From NCBI GenBank assembly GCA_963695875.1, contig CAVOID010000005.1:128001-192000 (forward strand): 64,000 nt of DNA. The letters are read 5' to 3'. How positions within the stretch are numbered: the stretch's first letter is position 1; every line of letters begins with the position of its first letter. The translations under genes were made by a program, and so were the position numbers. This DNA comes from an uncultured delta proteobacterium (GTDB lineage Bacteria > Desulfobacterota > Syntrophia > Syntrophales > UBA2185). Positions 61,796-64,000 of this stretch are shown one piece after another. Under the pieces are notes generated by a model. The model had not been told where the DNA came from and searched no databases. It saw only the letters and a program-made list of their open reading frames with translations.

Positions 61796-62326
61796 CTATT
61801 TTGAACACCCGGTGCACCCACATGCGGCAACGTTTTCTTCGGCTGCTTTCCCTTGTTCCATATCGGCAAGGACTTTGTCCGCGACCTGCCGGGCCACCTT
61901 TTTTCGCTCTTCTTCGGGTACGTCATCGATATCGAAGATATCCGTGTATTTGTTGTATACCGACAGGGCATCGAACTGGGCGATCTTATCCTCATCGAGC
62001 AGATTTTTAAGAATCCTGCCGTGGCAATGGAGAAAACACCCATCTATGACCACGACCTTCTCCGCTTCGTTCATCCATCCAGCGATGGCAGACGTGGGAA
62101 CTGTGAACATCTCCCCGTGGCAACCGCGGCGGTAAGGTTCTTCCTTCGCAACCAGATTAGCGGCAAGGCGGGCGATTTCCCCACGTATACAGGCACCTTC
62201 ACAGGAAATCACAGGGATTTTCCCCTCATTCCGATTTTGATTACCCACGCGTTCCCCCATGGCACAGACACCCTTCGTTCCATCAACAACGATTGAAAAT
62301 TGCTTCTTTGATTTCTCCATTGTCAT
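61796..62326 (-). CDS. DGC-domain putative zinc-binding protein
   Basis: SCEGAC, IDGCFLHC, CGCTGC tail. Confidence 0.85.
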   Translation of the reverse strand: MTMEKSKKQFSIVVDGTKGVCAMGERVGNQNRNEGKIPVISCEGACIRGEIARLAANLVAKEEPYRRGCHGEMFTVPTSAIAGWMNEAEKVVVIDGCFLHCHGRILKNLLDEDKIAQFDALSVYNKYTDIFDIDDVPEEERKKVARQVADKVLADMEQGKAAEENVAACGCTGCSK

Positions 62327-62683
62327 TCTTCTCCTTTGCCTCTTTTTATTCCTATAGACGGAAAAAGAACAAAAAAAGATACATTCAAAGTGTAGCAGGC
62401 ACTTCAAATATAGGAAGGTCATGCTATCGATTCCCCTCACGATGCTGATTAGATTGCCCGGTAAAAACGATATTAAGGTCATTAATCATTGACATATAAT
62501 TATCTTTTCTCTATATTTTTCCATAGAGACAAATCGGGTTGCTTATCAAAGACGATCTCTGATATTCAATTGAAAAAGATTTCCCAGACCTCAATTCTCA
62601 TGCCGAATGGCGAGGCTCATTATAGCGGAGGCTGTTTGCAAAGATTGAACATTAAACTGCAGTAAATAGAAGGATTCTATTCT

Positions 62684-64000
62684 ATGGACACAATAAAGGC
62701 TGAAGTACCTGTTGAAAAGCTGCGTTGGCAGTGTGACCCCGCCGTTTTCGATTTTGAATGCACGAAAGAACTGGCCCCATTACGTGAGTTCATTGGCCAG
62801 GACCGCGCCATACGAGCCATACAGTTCGGTCTTTCCATGAATCACGAGGGATACAATGTGTTCGTGGCAGGTTTGACCGGCACCGGCAAGACTTCCATGG
62901 TGAAAACATACATTGACCGCCTCATAGCAAAGCACCAGATCGGGGATAACTTTTGTCCCCAGGACTGGGCCTATGTCCACAACTTCACCGACCCCGATCG
63001 TCCCCAAGTCATCGGCATGCCGCAGGGTACCTGCAAGGAGTTTCGTAATAGAATTTCCAATCTGCTAGACCGTCTCAAAGAGGATCTGGCCCGTGCATTT
63101 TCCAGCGATGAATATAAGAACAGCCGCAAGAAGGTAATCGAAGAAAGCCAGGCGAATCAGCAAAAAATCATGCAGGAAATCGGGGAATATGCCCAAAAGC
63201 ATGGCTTTTTTCTGGAAGTGACCCAGGTTGGCCCTGTCCTGGTGCCCCTCATCGAGAGCCGTCCTATGAATCAGGCTGAGTACATGGCCCTTGATGAAAA
63301 GGTCCGTAAGGAATTGGACAAGCGCCATGCCGAGCTCCTAAAAAAGGTTCAGGATGCTTCCGAGAAACTCCACGAGTTACAGCATCAGACTGTGCAAAAG
63401 CTTTCTGACACCGATAAGGCGTTGGCTGATGTAACCGTCACACGCCTCTTCGATGGAGTCCTTACCGATTATAAAGATCAATCGAAGATCACCCAGTTCC
63501 TTAACGACCTGAAAAAATACACGCTTGATAACCTGGATATTTTCAAGGCGGAAGAGGTAAAAACCCCGACCCTCTTCGGCCTGCCCTCTACACAGATCAC
63601 GCAGGGCCGCGATCCGTACCTTCCTTTCCAGATAAACGTCTTCATCGATAACAGCGAAACCCAGGGACCACCCGTAATCACGGAGCCTAACCCGATTTAC
63701 CCGAACCTGTTCGGCAAATTGGAGAGAAGATTTCTTTTCGGAGGTTATCTCAGCGATCATACCATGCTCAAACCGGGGGCCATTCACCGCGCTAATGGAG
63801 GCTATCTGCTGCTGAGCGCGGCTGAGGTAATTACGAACATCGGCGTCTGGCCTGCCATCAAGCGGGCGATTCGCACCAAAGAGGTCAGGGTCGAAGATCC
63901 CTTCGAGCAATTCGGATTGATTGCACCGCAGGCGATGAAACCAGAACCGATACCTATTGAGACAAAATTCTTCCTGATCGGTGACCCATTTATTTACCAG
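62684..64000 (+). CDS. Lon-type (S16) ATP-dependent protease, 3'-truncated by the window edge
   Basis: LRWQCDP, FIGQDRA, GYNVFVAGLTGTGKT, EPNP...NLFG, GAIHRANGGYL; open to the window end. Confidence 0.88.
   Translation, partial: MDTIKAEVPVEKLRWQCDPAVFDFECTKELAPLREFIGQDRAIRAIQFGLSMNHEGYNVFVAGLTGTGKTSMVKTYIDRLIAKHQIGDNFCPQDWAYVHNFTDPDRPQVIGMPQGTCKEFRNRISNLLDRLKEDLARAFSSDEYKNSRKKVIEESQANQQKIMQEIGEYAQKHGFFLEVTQVGPVLVPLIESRPMNQAEYMALDEKVRKELDKRHAELLKKVQDASEKLHELQHQTVQKLSDTDKALADVTVTRLFDGVLTDYKDQSKITQFLNDLKKYTLDNLDIFKAEEVKTPTLFGLPSTQITQGRDPYLPFQINVFIDNSETQGPPVITEPNPIYPNLFGKLERRFLFGGYLSDHTMLKPGAIHRANGGYLLLSAAEVITNIGVWPAIKRAIRTKEVRVEDPFEQFGLIAPQAMKPEPIPIETKFFLIGDPFIYQ

Noticed and set aside
1..64000. 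Transposases, integrases, prophage genes, rRNA or tRNA
   Set aside because: None recognisable, despite the many scars and duplications.

Overview
Bacterial window from an anaerobe with Deltaproteobacteria/Syntrophales-like gene content (inferred, not determined). It is dominated by redox, sulfur/selenium-handling and metal(loid)-resistance genes. The main result is missing from the ORF track: four genes are split by six in-frame TGA codons. Each TGA sits at a catalytic or metal-binding Cys position and is followed by a short hairpin with a G-rich loop, so these are probable selenoproteins: a Sec NADH oxidase/CoA-disulfide reductase (16227-17561), a MerB-like protein with Sec at both catalytic positions (19641-20348), an MtrA-like corrinoid protein with an N-terminal CxxCxC...UxxCxxC domain and a DUF4346-like C-terminus (38944-37798), and a two-Sec glutaredoxin-like protein inside an arsenic-resistance island (56270-56515/56596). 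Selenium-associated genes (cysteine desulfurase-yedF-DUF3343, arsS, LysR) lie nearby. The window also holds a sigma54-controlled CoA-transferase cassette bounded by a 251-bp lysR duplication, RND and ABC export systems, a fragmented type ISP-like restriction-modification gene, several gene remnants and a partial Lon-type protease. Many single-base frameshifts, mostly +1, suggest assembly errors. All family calls come from motif recognition by eye; no database search was run.
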